A stretch of DNA of 64,000 bases from Octopus sinensis (taxonomy: Eukaryota). The notes under the pieces are model-generated. The model was given only the letters and a program-made list of their open reading frames with translations, was not told the DNA's origin and searched no databases. Shown here piece after piece: positions 37,359 to 48,875 of the stretch. The stretch is taken from assembly GCF_006345805.1 (NCBI RefSeq), contig NC_043001.1:74338001-74402000 (forward strand). The letters are read 5' to 3'. Made by a program: the position numbers and the translations under genes. Within the stretch, counting starts at the first letter, position 1. Each line of letters opens with the position of its first letter.

Positions 37359-37682
37359 TTGCAGCGTGGAAGGTGTTTGTAAGCCATTTAAGAAACACAC
37401 AAAAACCGTTACATTCACTTCAACATTTAAATTTAATTTGCCAAAATATTTTCGTCACTTTGAGACCGCGACCTGTTCACTGACAAAAATATCGTGCTAA
37501 CAGGTCGCGGTCTCAAAGCGATGAAAATATTTTGACAAATTAAATTTAAATGTTGAAGTGAATCTAACGGTTTTTGTGTGTTTCTTAAATGGCTTATAAA
37601 CACCTTCAACGCTGCAACTGTTTTCGTTCCAGCACACGATCTCAGATCAAGTCACTTGCTATGCAAGTACATCTCTGTAACT
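37359..37682. mobile_element. Fold-back element: 119-bp arms, 21-nt loop, ~65-bp tail, TA-flanked
   Basis: ttgcagcgtggaaggtg...gaccgcgacctgtt (37359-37477) vs aacaggtcgcggtc...caccttcaacgctgcaa (37499-37617). Confidence 0.8.
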
Positions 37683-37777
37683 ATATATATATTTATATAT
37701 ATATATATGTATATTGGTAAAAACAGTAAGATAACAAAAGAAAGAAAGAGACCTCAATATTATGTAAATAGAGGAAA

Positions 37778-38171
37778 TCTTTATATATAAAAGTGAGGTT
37801 GTGTGTCTGTCTCCTACGATTTAAATTCCTAACTACTCCCACATTTTGCGGTGCAGTTTAACCAAAACCGGGTATCTTATAGTCGTGATTCATATCGAGA
37901 CCGTCTGGGTATTAGCGCGCGTCTACGATGAGTCTACGATTTAAAAAAAAATTACCATCAATTTTTCCCATTTTTAATCCATTTTTGACATATATAAGGG
38001 AAGTAACTCTCTAAAATTTATTATTAAATCTCAGAACGTAAAAAGCTACAGTAACACCCCTCCCCCTTTGTGGTTAGCCATATTGAGATGGCTATTATAC
38101 TTTACATCTCTAAAAATGCTTATATAATTATTTCCCTTACAAACCCGAGCAACGCCGGGCGATACTGCTAG
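37778..38171 (+). mobile_element. Non-autonomous Helitron Y (shorter variant)
   Basis: TCTTTATATATAAAAG ... cccgagcaacgccgggcgatactgCTAG. Confidence 0.8.
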
Positions 38172-38440
38172 TCTTATTATAAAAGGCAGATTTTATCTGC
38201 CTCCCTTTGTAACTTATAGAAATCTACAATATAGGATTTCTTCAATTACAATTTACCTAGCATTTTTAAGAGTAGAATGCATCGGGTCATGCCAGGTCCA
38301 GTTTTTAAAATTTAAACTCCAATTAAGCAAAATTTACAGAAAACTCACATTCTGGTGTGTGTGTCAAATGCTTTTCTTAGTCTGGTTTACAGCACACGCA
38401 AACGCACACACACAGTGTGCAACGAATAAAGTGAAACTAG
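38172..38440 (+). mobile_element. Repeat X directly abutting Helitron Y
   Basis: Same gctag|tcttattataaaagg junction as at 36018. Confidence 0.6.
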
Positions 38441-39416
38441 ATGTAATATTTAAAAAGAAAGCAGCAAACAGAAACAAATAAATACATAATGATTTACTCC
38501 TCACACAATTTCTTCAATTAGACTTTACCTATGATTTTTCAAAGAACTTCCATTGGTTCATGCCATACAAAATTTCTTTCAATTTCACCCCCAATTAAGA
38601 CAAAATTCGAGAAAACTCAATATTTTAACATTTCACTTTGAAGCCTTTACTCTGCTTATTACTCCCACTTCCTCTTTAGACACATAGACACGCTAATATA
38701 TACGACAGTGTCAATTGTTGACAGACATTGTAAGCTAACGTGTGTGTGTGTGCGTGTGTGTCTGTGTGTGTGTGTCTGTGTGTGTGTGTGTATGTGCGTG
38801 TGTGTGAGGGTGTGTGTGTGTGTGTGTGACAGGGACGACCCATTCAGACTGGTCATCCTTTTTGCTAGAAGATCACCTATGCTACACCACTGGTTTTCAG
38901 TTCATATTAATCAAATTAATATTCACAAGAAGAAGGACTATTCATTATAATACATCAGTTCCATCGGACAACTGCACAAACATTTGCCATTTTACACATG
39001 TATGTAAACAAATTCCTTTCTTTTAGAATTTCAATTCATTTACTTTTTCAATTCATACAAAGTTATTTAGGACGAATATAACATCCGTTTAACCCTTTCG
39101 TTACCAAACCGCCCGAATTTACCTATTCATATTTAAATGAGAATATCAGAGTAAATCTCTTTAGTACATTCGTGAAAACACGTATTATACTTCGTAAACA
39201 CTTCAAATACAGTTTTGTACAAAAATCGAAGTGTAATTTTAATTCCGTGAATTATGGGAGATTTTTTTCCGAAATTTGTTCCTATTGTGTTTTCAAAATT
39301 TGTAATTCTGACAAAAAATGGATACGAATTTCATTATATCAAGCAGCGAGTCAGAATTCGAAGGATTTTCTACTGAAGACCTTCATAAATCTAACTCTAT
39401 GACTGAAAAAAAAGCA

Positions 39417-39808
39417 TCTTTATATAAGAGTGAAGTTGTGTGTCTGTTTCCTACGATTTAGATTCGTAACTACTCCCACATTTTGCGGTGCAGTTTAACC
39501 AAAAGCGGGTATCTTATAGTCGTGATTCATATCGAGCCCTTCTGGGTATTAGCGCGCGTCTACGACGAGTCTACGATTTAAAAAAAATTTACCATCGTAT
39601 TTTTCCATTTTAATGCATTTTTTCGCTTTTATATAAGGGAAGTAACTCTCTAAAAATACCTACGATATGTCAACGATTAAAAAAAAAATTACCTTAATTT
39701 TTTTTCAATTTTTAATGCATTTTTTGCTATTTTTTGGCTATGACTCTCTAAAAATGCTTATATAGTTATTTCCCTTACAACCCGAGCAACGCCGGGCGAT
39801 ACTGCTAG
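39417..39808 (+). mobile_element. Non-autonomous Helitron Y (solo)
   Basis: TCTTTATATAAGAG ... cccgagcaacgccgggcgatactgCTAG, then (TA)n. Confidence 0.8.
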
Positions 39809-39820
39809 TATATATATATA

Positions 39821-41048
39821 TAGGGTTTGGACAGAATAATGAAAATTTCAAACAAATTTATTTTAATATGTGGTAGGTCCGCCTTTGGTAGTAATTACTG
39901 CTTATGGACTCGTACAAAGTTTGAATTGTTTGCAAAGGAATTTTTGTCTATTCTTCAGCTAAAACAGTCTCCAGTTCTTGTAGTGATGACGGTGGAGGAT
40001 ATCGACTTCTTACTTGTTTTTTCTAAAATGTACCATAAATGTTCAATAATATTGAGATCTGGGGACGGTGGTGGCCAGATTCAACTTCACTAAAATGTTC
40101 CTCGTGCCATTCAGTAACAACTTTAGCTGTGTGAATTGGTGCATTATCATCCTGAAAGATTGCGTTTCGTTCCGGAAACAGTTCCGCAACCATACGATGA
40201 AATTGATAAGATAAAATGCTTAAATAATCTTGACTATTAATTCTGCCATGTAAGGAAACCATTGGGCCGGAGGATTTCCAAGATATAGTCCCCCAGCTCA
40301 TCACAGATCCTCCCCCATATTTAACAGTTGGAAGAAGGCAGTCTGTGTCAAATGCTTCTTTCGGCTGTCTCCACACGTATACTCGGCTGGTGGTCGGAAA
40401 TAAGGTAAAGGATAACTCGTCCGAGAAAATAACATTCTTCCACTGCTCTAGGGACCAATTCTGTAGGTTTTTACTCCACTCTAAATGCTTTGCAACGTTT
40501 GTTTTTGAAAGCAGTGGTTTTCTGATTGCAATCCTCCCGTGAAATCTGGCTTTGTGTGGCTCCTGGCGAACAGTGGAAACTGGGTTCTCGAGGTGGTCAT
40601 TAAGCTCTGCAGTAATTTTGGGAGCTGTACTTTTGTGATCCTTTCTAACAATTCGCATAAGAGTCCGACGGTCCATATCTGAAAGTTCCGGTTTTCTTCT
40701 GGAGTTTTGTTTCGACGAGGAGGTTTTCCCTCTTTCTCAAATGCTGTAATTACTTCCGTGACAGTACTTCTTGATACGCCAATCATTTCGGCTGTTTTCG
40801 TTACGCTAGCACCTGCCATACGAGCATCAACGATTAGACCTCTTTGAAAGTCCGATAGATCTATCATTTTAAAGAATTTTAACTACCTTTCTCTGATATC
40901 TGAAAAGAAACTGCAATTTTAGCAAAACATATTAAGCAACAGTAATGATAAATCAAAAAGCATAAAAATAAACAAGCTTTTGAGGGTTTTATAGATATTT
41001 CAAAATTATGATGCTATTAAGCTAAATGTTCCCATTATTTTGTCGAAA

Positions 41049-41052
<4 letters not shown>
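39821..41052 (-). mobile_element. Tc1 (DD34E-type) transposon, frameshifted
   Basis: TIRs agggtttggacagaataatg / cattattttgtcgaaactct. ORF 40481-40867: DLSDFQRGLIV...VSRSTV. ORF 40023-40676: WKNVIFSDE, GGGSVMSWG, FQDDNAPIHTA; SPDLNIIE in another frame. Confidence 0.92.
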
Positions 41053-41118
<66 letters not shown>

Positions 41119-41385
41119 CATATATATATACATATATATGCACATATACACATACATATATATACACACACATATATATATGTACATATACTCATACACA
41201 CACATATATATACATATATATGTACATATATATATACATATATATGCACATATACACATACATATATATACACACACATATATATGTACATATACTCATA
41301 CACACACATATATATACATATATATGTACATATATATATACATATATATACACATACATATATACATATACACACAAACGCACAC

Positions 41386-41438
<53 letters not shown>

Positions 41439-41454
41439 ATATATATATATTGTA

Positions 41455-41900
41455 TATTTCTTATGAATCTGCCAAACAAACAAAAATTAGGGAGAAACAT
41501 GCACTCTTCCATTTTACTCCAGAAATGGAGCTATTAAAACTAAGAGCTTCAAACAACGAAGAAAAATACAAAAACATCGACGAAGAAATGCTGCAGGAAA
41601 TAAACAAATACACAGACGAACTCTCACCTGAAAACATTCTTAAACTCGGGAAAGAAACTTGTGAAAAAGAGTAAAGAACCACACTCCAACGCTGGGAGAA
41701 GCATAACTATTTTTTTCACTGGTACGAATCCAATTCTAAAGAGAATACCACCGCAGACAACCCATACCTGAAGAATAAAACAGGACACAATAAAAAAGAA
41801 ACCTAACAACAAACAAATCCACCCCCACCCATGAAAAAACGTTAGGAAACAACCTCATCAAAACCACATCCATACATACTCCATGAAAAGATACCCCCAA
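41455..41900 (+). mobile_element. Possible PLE ORF remnant
   Basis: Lys/Glu-rich frame ([28 protein letters not shown]) upstream of the tttccacatagtggtt..tctctaat terminus that ends other PLE-like pieces here; no diagnostic motif. Confidence 0.3.
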
Positions 41901-42079
41901 CCATACCTAAATACCAGGTATAGCCCCCAGATTCCCCAGAAATACTGGTCCACACAAAACACAAAAACCTCTATGCGCATCGTCAACAGTATTTATTTGC
42001 AAGGTGCATTTTCGTTGAATTTTCATATTTTACCTTTACATTTCCACATAGTGGTTCCTCTCTAATATGTATGTATATA

Positions 42080-42125
<46 letters not shown>

Positions 42126-42183
42126 ATATATACATATATATATGTGTATGTATATATATATATGGATATATAGGGATATATAC

Positions 42184-42234
<51 letters not shown>

Positions 42235-42285
42235 CCGTTGGCGATTTTTTCCTCTGTCTTCCCTTCTCTGGATCTTTCCTTCTAT

Positions 42286-42320
42286 GTTTCCGATGAAGAA
42301 CTCCGCTCGAAACGTTAAAC
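42286..42320 (+). ncRNA. Minimal hammerhead motif, variant core (CCGAUGA)
   Basis: guuu-CCGAUGA-a-gaac-ucc-gcuc-GAAA-CG-UU-aaac; one stem-II mismatch. Confidence 0.45.
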
Positions 42321-42416
42321 CCTCCTTCTTTCCTTCTTTCCTGAGCGTCCAATAATACTATATTTGTTCCGCGTTGTTGTGTTTTTTTGTGCTTTCTTTT
42401 TTGGATTAACTTTATT

Positions 42417-42460
<44 letters not shown>

Positions 42461-42996
42461 CCACCTCATCCCAGGTCTTCTTTCAGCGCACCCACCCTTC
42501 TACTGACTTGGTTACCTAGGTAACGGAAGCTATCAACTACTTCCAGTTTTTCTCCCTGGAAGGTGGCGGAAGTTGTTCTCTGCACATTTTCAGTGTTTAC
42601 TGCTCCTGAGCATTTGCCACATACAAAAACTATCTTCCCAGTTAGCCTTCCTTTGATATTGCTGCATCTTTTATGTGCCCATAGCTTACACTGAGTACAT
42701 ATAGAGTTTCTACCTGCGCCTTTTCTACAGAACGAGGAGGGCCATCTACCTGAAGGGATTTGTGGTTTTTCTGTCTTCATACTTACGAGGACTTTGGTTT
42801 TAGCTAGGGTGACTCTAAGGCCCTTCGATTCTTATCCTTGTTTCCACACCTGGAACTTCTGTAGTTCTGATAGTGACTCAGTAATTAGAGCAAAGTCATC
42901 AGCATAGAAGAGCTCCCAGGGGCATCTTGACTTGAATTTATCTGATATTGCCTGGATGACTATGATAAATAGGTAGGGGCTGAGGTCTGAATCTTG
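42461..42996 (-). mobile_element. RTE-clade LINE RT C-terminal fragment with PHD-like Cys/His insert
   Basis: WELFYADD...KGLRVTLAKTKVL, then ORF 42466-42780 ...CTQCKLWAHKRC...FVCGKC...LEVVDSFRYLG. Confidence 0.85.
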
Positions 42997-43240
42997 TTTT
43001 TATGCTTTCGTTTCTCGTTGAGTTCTACGTCTATTTGTGGTGTCCTGTACTCACGTATATATATTTATATATGCATGTATATATATATGTAGATGTATGT
43101 AGGTACATATATGTATGTATGTATGCATATATTTTATTTATTACACTATTGTATGACTGAGCGCCCTCGCGTCGATTCGATTCGTTTCGTTTCGTTTCGT
43201 TTCTTCTTCTCTAAGCAAGTTTATATATATATATATATAC

Positions 43241-43393
43241 GTTGGTTGGCAATGAGTACAATGAAAAATTCCGGGTAGAGGTAGAGGTCCACCAAGATTC
43301 AGACCTCAGCCCCTACCTATTTATCATAGTCCTCCAGGCAATATCAGATAAATTCAAGTCAAGATGCCCCTGGGAGCTCCTCTATGCTGATGA
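43241..43393 (+). mobile_element. RTE RT fragment; last 101 bp are an inverted copy of 42896-42996
   Basis: VEVHQDSDLSPYLFIIVLQAISDKFKSRCPWELLYAD; ends at the YADD codons. Confidence 0.85.
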
Positions 43394-43492
43394 GTTAATC
43401 CCAAAAAGAAAGCTAAAAACAAACACAACAACGCGAGGACGTGGAACAAATATAGTATTATTGGACGCTCAGGAAAGAAGGAAAGAAGGAGG

Positions 43493-43527
43493 GTTTAACG
43501 TTTCGAGCGGAGCTCTTCGTCAGAAAC
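43493..43527 (-). ncRNA. Minimal type-I hammerhead ribozyme motif (canonical core)
   Basis: guuu-CUGACGA-a-GAGC-ucc-GCUC-GAAA-CG-UU|aaac: 4-bp stem I, 4-bp stem II, palindromic ACGU in place of stem III. Confidence 0.7.
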
Positions 43528-43583
43528 ATAGGAGAAGGAAAGATCCAGAGAAGGGAAGACAGAGGAAAAAATTCGCCAACGGT

Positions 43584-43614
<31 letters not shown>

Positions 43615-43645
43615 CATATATATATATGTATATATCCCTATATAT

Positions 43646-43689
<44 letters not shown>

Positions 43690-43693
<4 letters not shown>

Positions 43694-44340
43694 TAGAGGG
43701 GAACCACTATGTGGACACCCTTATGCTAGAAATAGATCCGCTATGGTCTTACCACTAAGAAATGTTCTCAAGAAAAATTTAACAAAATATCCAAAACCTA
43801 ATCGAGCAAGACAAAAGAAAAAGCAATAAAAATATGGATTATTTGCATACATGTTTGACTATTAACATATTACGTAATGTTACTTACATAGATGTCCGTA
43901 GATCATTGGTGCGACCGTCCAGATAAATATAATTTGCAGGACTGCATACTAGGACATCCGCACTCAGTCAGATCTGTAAACAGTTCTACCCATTACACTC
44001 GTGGTTACTATTTCAAATGTCCTCGTTTTGGTGCGCTAAATTACCGGAAACACTGATGCCGCAGATAATACTTTACTGCAGTTGTCTTTGCCGGTTAGAG
44101 AACGTATAAATTTAAATTTAAAATGAGGGTGAGAAATTAGATATTATTTTAATTAACATCGATTTCACACCAGTGGTCTAGCATATAAAAAAATGAAGGT
44201 TCAGTAAAATTGTATTATATACATATTAGAGGGAAACCACTGTGTGAACACCCTTATGCTAGAAATAGATCCGCTATGGTCTTAACAATAAGAAATGATC
44301 TCAACATCTAATTTCTCACCTTCATTTTAAATTTAAATAT
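43690..44340 (-). mobile_element. PLE pseudo-LTR-like partial tandem repeat with decayed hammerhead (43845-43912)
   Basis: attagaggg.aaccact.tgtg.acacccttatgctagaaatagatccgctatggtctta occurs at ~43692 and ~44225; ccagtggtctagcatataaaa tail at ~44170. Homologous to 56983-57495. Confidence 0.65.
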
Positions 44341-44408
44341 ATATATATATATACATAATGTTTGGGAATTCTCTGATGTTTTGATGTTTGGGAATTCTCT
44401 GATGTTTT

Positions 44409-44495
44409 TTCGGCTGACGAGTACGAGCCATCTGTATTCACTGCATTTTTTGTAGCTTATTAAAGATGTCCTCGTACGAAACGATCGTACCGAGA
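44409..44495 (+). ncRNA. Type-I hammerhead ribozyme, fully canonical core
   Basis: uucgg-CUGACGA-GUACGAG...(catct/agatg extension)...CUCGUAC-GAAA-CGAUCG-UA|ccgag. Stem II has 7 bp with G10.1-C11.1; the stem III region is palindromic (ACGAUCGU); predicted cleavage after A44489 (GUA). Confidence 0.85.
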
Positions 44496-44634
44496 TTTTA
44501 ATCCATTCTTGTTGCTTTTTTCCTATATATATATACATATATATGTATATATCCCTATTATATCCATACACAACACACACACACACACACACAAACACAC
44601 AACACACACACAAAGATATATATTATATATATGT

Positions 44635-44665
<31 letters not shown>

Positions 44666-44692
44666 TATATATATGTATATATATATGTATAA

Positions 44693-44725
<33 letters not shown>

Positions 44726-44754
44726 ATGTATATTATATATATATATGTATATTG

Positions 44755-44965
44755 GAGGCGCAATGGCCCAGTGGTTAGGGCAGCGGACTTGCGGTCGTAG
44801 GATCGCGGTTTCGATTCCCAGACCGGGTGTTGTGTGTGTTATTGAGCGAAAACACCTAAAAAGCTCCACGCGGCTCCGGCAGGGGATGGTGGTGATCCCT
44901 GCGTACTCTTTCACCACTCTAAAAGGCGGTGCTCCAGCATGCCGCAGTCAAATGACTGAAACAAG
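44755..44965 (+). mobile_element. Chimeric SINE (family 3 head fused to family 1 tail)
   Basis: ggaggcgcaatggcccagtggttagggcagcggact... joined to aaaggcggtgctccagcatgccgcagtcaaatgactgaaacaagt. Confidence 0.7.
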
Positions 44966-45170
44966 TACAAAAAAAATAAATATAGATATATATATATATA
45001 TGATAATGCAAGTATATACATATAGATAATATTGATATATATATATAATATATATAATATATATGTATATATATATAGATAGTAGATGATATGTATATAT
45101 TATAATATAGGTATCTATATATATAATATAATTAGATATGATATATATGTATAATATATGTATAGATATA

Positions 45171-45209
<39 letters not shown>

Positions 45210-45984
45210 GTAATATAATGATATGTATATATATATATATGTATGTTAATATATATGTAATGTAATATATTGTATATATATATATATAGATATGTATATA
45301 GATGATATATATGTATATATATATATATATTATATGTAGGATAATATATATATATGGTATATAATTTGGTATATTTTAAATTGTATTTTAAATGTTATAT
45401 ATATATATATTATATATATATTATGTATAAATATATATATGTATATATATATATATAGTATCTATATGTATATTATATATATCTATTCTCAATGATATCT
45501 TGTATAGTTTATAACAATTTAATTTGTTATATATTATATATGTATATATATATAATAACTATATCTATGTATAATAGATATATAATATATATAGGTATAT
45601 CTAGGTATAATACAGATTATATATATGCTTATGTTGTAATATCTGTACTTAATAAGTAATATAGATTTTATAATATATATACGTAGAATGTATCAGTGAG
45701 AGACCTGTGAGAGAGAAAGCATGAGTGAAACTTGCAGTTTCACATGAAGTCTGCTTCTCACCATCGTGTTTTTCCGTTGAAAACTATTGAAAAATTCCTA
45801 TATCTATAGAATATAGCTAGAATTATGTTACGAAAAGACCCTATAAAATACATGTGGAAATGTAAGGGTAAATATGACACTAATTAAGCACACTTGCAAA
45901 ATGAAAAAGGACTGCCGGTAAGACATTTATCGGAGAGGTCAGTAAGATCATTATATATGATGATGATTTATAAGATGATAATAA

Positions 45985-46685
45985 AGTAAGCGAACAAAAC
46001 GAACCATGGTTTACTATGGTGCAGATTCTTTTTGCTAGGTTAAGGGTATGTTGATTTTTATGTGTTTGGGGTGGCAGGAGTTAAAAAAAGGTATTGTTTA
46101 GAATCTGTGGGTTTATAAAAGATGTCTGTTTCTATGTGGTTGTTAAACTATTCTAATAAGATGTCTAGAAATGGGAGTTGCTTACTGTTGTGTTCCATAG
46201 TGAATTGTATATTGCTGTATGTTTGTTGAGCATTCTTTGAAATCAAGGAGTTGATCCATGCTGTCTGCCAAAGTATGAAGCAATCATCTAAATATCTCTT
46301 CCAGTTCTCCTTTAAGTAGCAATTAAAAGAGGCGCCATATTTTTCTAGTGATGATGGTATAACTTAAGTTCGTGGTAGCCCATTACGAGGTTTGCAATCA
46401 CTGGAGCAGCTCTGGTCCCCATTGCAATTCCGCATATCTGTCGATAGTAAGTAGTATCGAACAAGAAATGATGTGTTCAACAGGACGAATTCAGTGCTTC
46501 AATTATAAAATGTGGTTAATTCGTCCTGGGATCTTTTGGGTATTTTTTCTAGCCAAAATGTGATTGCTTCTATACCATAGTCATGTGGGGTATTAGTGTA
46601 TAGATTCACCACATCGAAAGATACAAGTAGAGTTCCGTCCTTTACTGTCTTCGGGAGGTGGTTCAGCATGTCTAGGTCATCCCTG
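45985..46685 (-). mobile_element. Penelope-like RT fragment (frameshifted; absent from ORF track)
   Basis: Manual translation: LLVSFDVVNLYTNTPHDYG, GIAMGTRAAPVIANLVMG, NWKRYLDDCFILW, QFTMEHNSKQLPFLDIL, FYKPTDSKQYL...CHPKH. Confidence 0.88.
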
Positions 46686-46700
46686 ATATATATATATATA

Positions 46701-47531
46701 TCTTTATATATATAAAACTGAGAATGTGTGTCTGTCTGTCTGTCTGTCTGTGTGTTTTCCTAAAACTTGAGAACTACACAACCAATGTCATTCAAATTTT
46801 ACACATGCCTTACTTAGGGTCCGGGGAGTGTCATCGGCAAAAATTTTAAAAACTTTTTGCCTAGGGCGAGCCCACAACAATATCATATCTTCTCCACTAC
46901 GATTCCCTAAAGCTTGAGAACTACACAACTAATTTCATTCAAATTTTACACATGCCTTACTTAGGGACCATGTAGTTTCATGGGAAAAAATGTTCAACTT
47001 CTTGCCTAGGGCGAGCCCATAGCAATATCATATCTTCTCCACTACTTCAGTATTACGTGTTAAAAGTGAAACAAAAATATTTCTCTATTTTATGTCAGAT
47101 GCTTTCACTTTAACAATAAAAAAATAATAACAATTGAATTATATGTAGTAAGCAATAATTAAAATCAAACTAAAGTATAATATAATCGTAACATAACAAA
47201 AGTAAAAATATTAATTGGTATAAAATTGCATCAATGATTTGAACTTGAATAAGTGGTTTCACATGAATGGGAATAAATTAAAAATAAAATTAGCGTGCAG
47301 AAATGGAATAGTCCAGATGGATAATAAAAAATTAAATTAAAGAAAAGACTATTGTCTATAAAGTATACAATGTAGAGTATTGTTATCACTAGCGATATCA
47401 AGATATAACTTTGTATTTTGCATTTTATGTGTAGATGTATATATATAGATGTACATGTAATATATACACATATATATACACATATATACATGCACTAGCA
47501 CTATAACCCGGCAACGACGGGTATTTAATGC

Positions 47532-47534
<3 letters not shown>
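46701..47534 (+). mobile_element. Non-autonomous Helitron with internal ~145-bp tandem duplication
   Basis: 5' TCTTTATATATATAAAACTG plus (TCTG)n; 3' hairpin acccggcaacgacgggt then gctac. Duplicated blocks at ~46759 and ~46906. Confidence 0.75.
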
Positions 47535-47585
<51 letters not shown>

Positions 47586-48039
47586 GGGGAGAGAGAAAGA
47601 GAGAGAGAGAGAGAGAGCTCAAGTACTACATTTATCAAAAATGCATAGACTATGCAATAAAATTATACTATATGAATCCAATACATACTAACTATGGTAC
47701 CCAAATTTTCCGTAACGAAGGACCTTCATATATTTTGATGAACTTTCCCACAGACCCCAGTTTTTTTTTAAGGTTTGTCAACTATATAAGCTGATTTTTT
47801 TAACTTGCGACAAACTAGTTTTCCCAGTTTCTTTTCTCAATTAAAAGATATTTGACTGAATAATTATATGTAATTATCGAGTAATTTTGCATTTTAGCCT
47901 GCAGCCGTTTTAAATTTTGAACACAACTCGTAGGCCACGCTCCATTGTTACCTTTGTGTCTCCACAATTTGGGAACCGCTGGAAAAGATGAAACGTCATC
48001 CAAACCATCGTAAAACAAGCAATTTCGCCAAACACGGGC

Positions 48040-48500
48040 GTAGGAGTGGGTGTGTGGTAAGTAACTTGCTTGCGAACCACATGGTTCTGGGTTCAGTCCC
48101 ACTGCGTGGCACCTTGGGCAAGTGTCTTCTACTATAGCCTCGTGCCGACCAGAGCCTTGTGAGTGGATTTGGTAGATGGAAACTGAAAGAAGCCCATCAT
48201 ATATATATATAAGTATGTATATATATATACATATATATGTGTGTGTGTGTATGTGTGTATATATATATATGTGTGTGTGTATGTGTGTATATATATATAT
48301 GTTTGTGTGTCTGTGTTTGTCCCCCCAACATCGCTTGACAACCGATGGTGGTGAGGTTTACGTGCCCGTAACGTAGAGGTTTAGCAAAAAGAGACCGATA
48401 GAATAAGTGCTAGGCTTACAAAGGTCGATTTGCTCGACTAAAGGCGGTGCTCCAGCATGGCCACAGTCAAATGACTGAAACAAGTAAAAGAGAGTAAAAG
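48040..48500 (+). mobile_element. SINE family 1
   Basis: Full head, core, microsatellite and tail. Confidence 0.85.
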
Positions 48501-48559
48501 GGAGTAAACAAATAACATTATATTCTACAGACACTTGAATGAGAAAAAAATTATCGGTT

Positions 48560-48875
48560 CTTTACAATCTGAATTTAAATCCTGCCAAGATGGACTTCGC
48601 TTTTCATCCTCTCGGAGTCGATAAAATTAGTACCAGTTGAACATTGGAGTCGATGTAATCATCTCCCCAACATTTCAGGCTTTGTGCCTATAGTTGACAG
48701 GATTATTATTGCTATTCTTATAAATGCTTAGAAACATTTTGTCCGTCCTTACGTTCTGAGTTCTAATTCCACCGAGATCGACTTCGCCTTTCATCTTTTC
48801 GTACTAGTTCGTACTAGTTACGAACTGGGGTCGATGAAATCGATTGGCCCCTCCCCGCAAATTTCGGGCCTTGGA
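48560..48875 (+). mobile_element. Two partial SINE family 2 units
   Basis: cttcgc(t/c)tttcatc...ggagtcgat; repeated at ~48780. Confidence 0.7.

Larger units (their letters stand above)
42043..43715. mobile_element. 1.67-kb fold-back: hammerhead-bearing inverted arms (42043-42410 / 43394-43715) enclosing RTE fragments
   Basis: The arms are reverse complements, including microsatellite irregularities (tagggatata / tatatcccta) and the flanking ccacatagtggttcc motif. Confidence 0.85.

Noticed and set aside
43383-43400. CUGAUGA at the RTE/arm junction as a ribozyme core
   Set aside because: It is simply the YADD codons (tat gct gat ga); no stem II or GAAA partner follows.
44975-45680. Long irregular AT-rich tract as a novel repeat
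   Set aside because: It looks like degenerate (TA)n, possibly with low-quality consensus; no stable unit.
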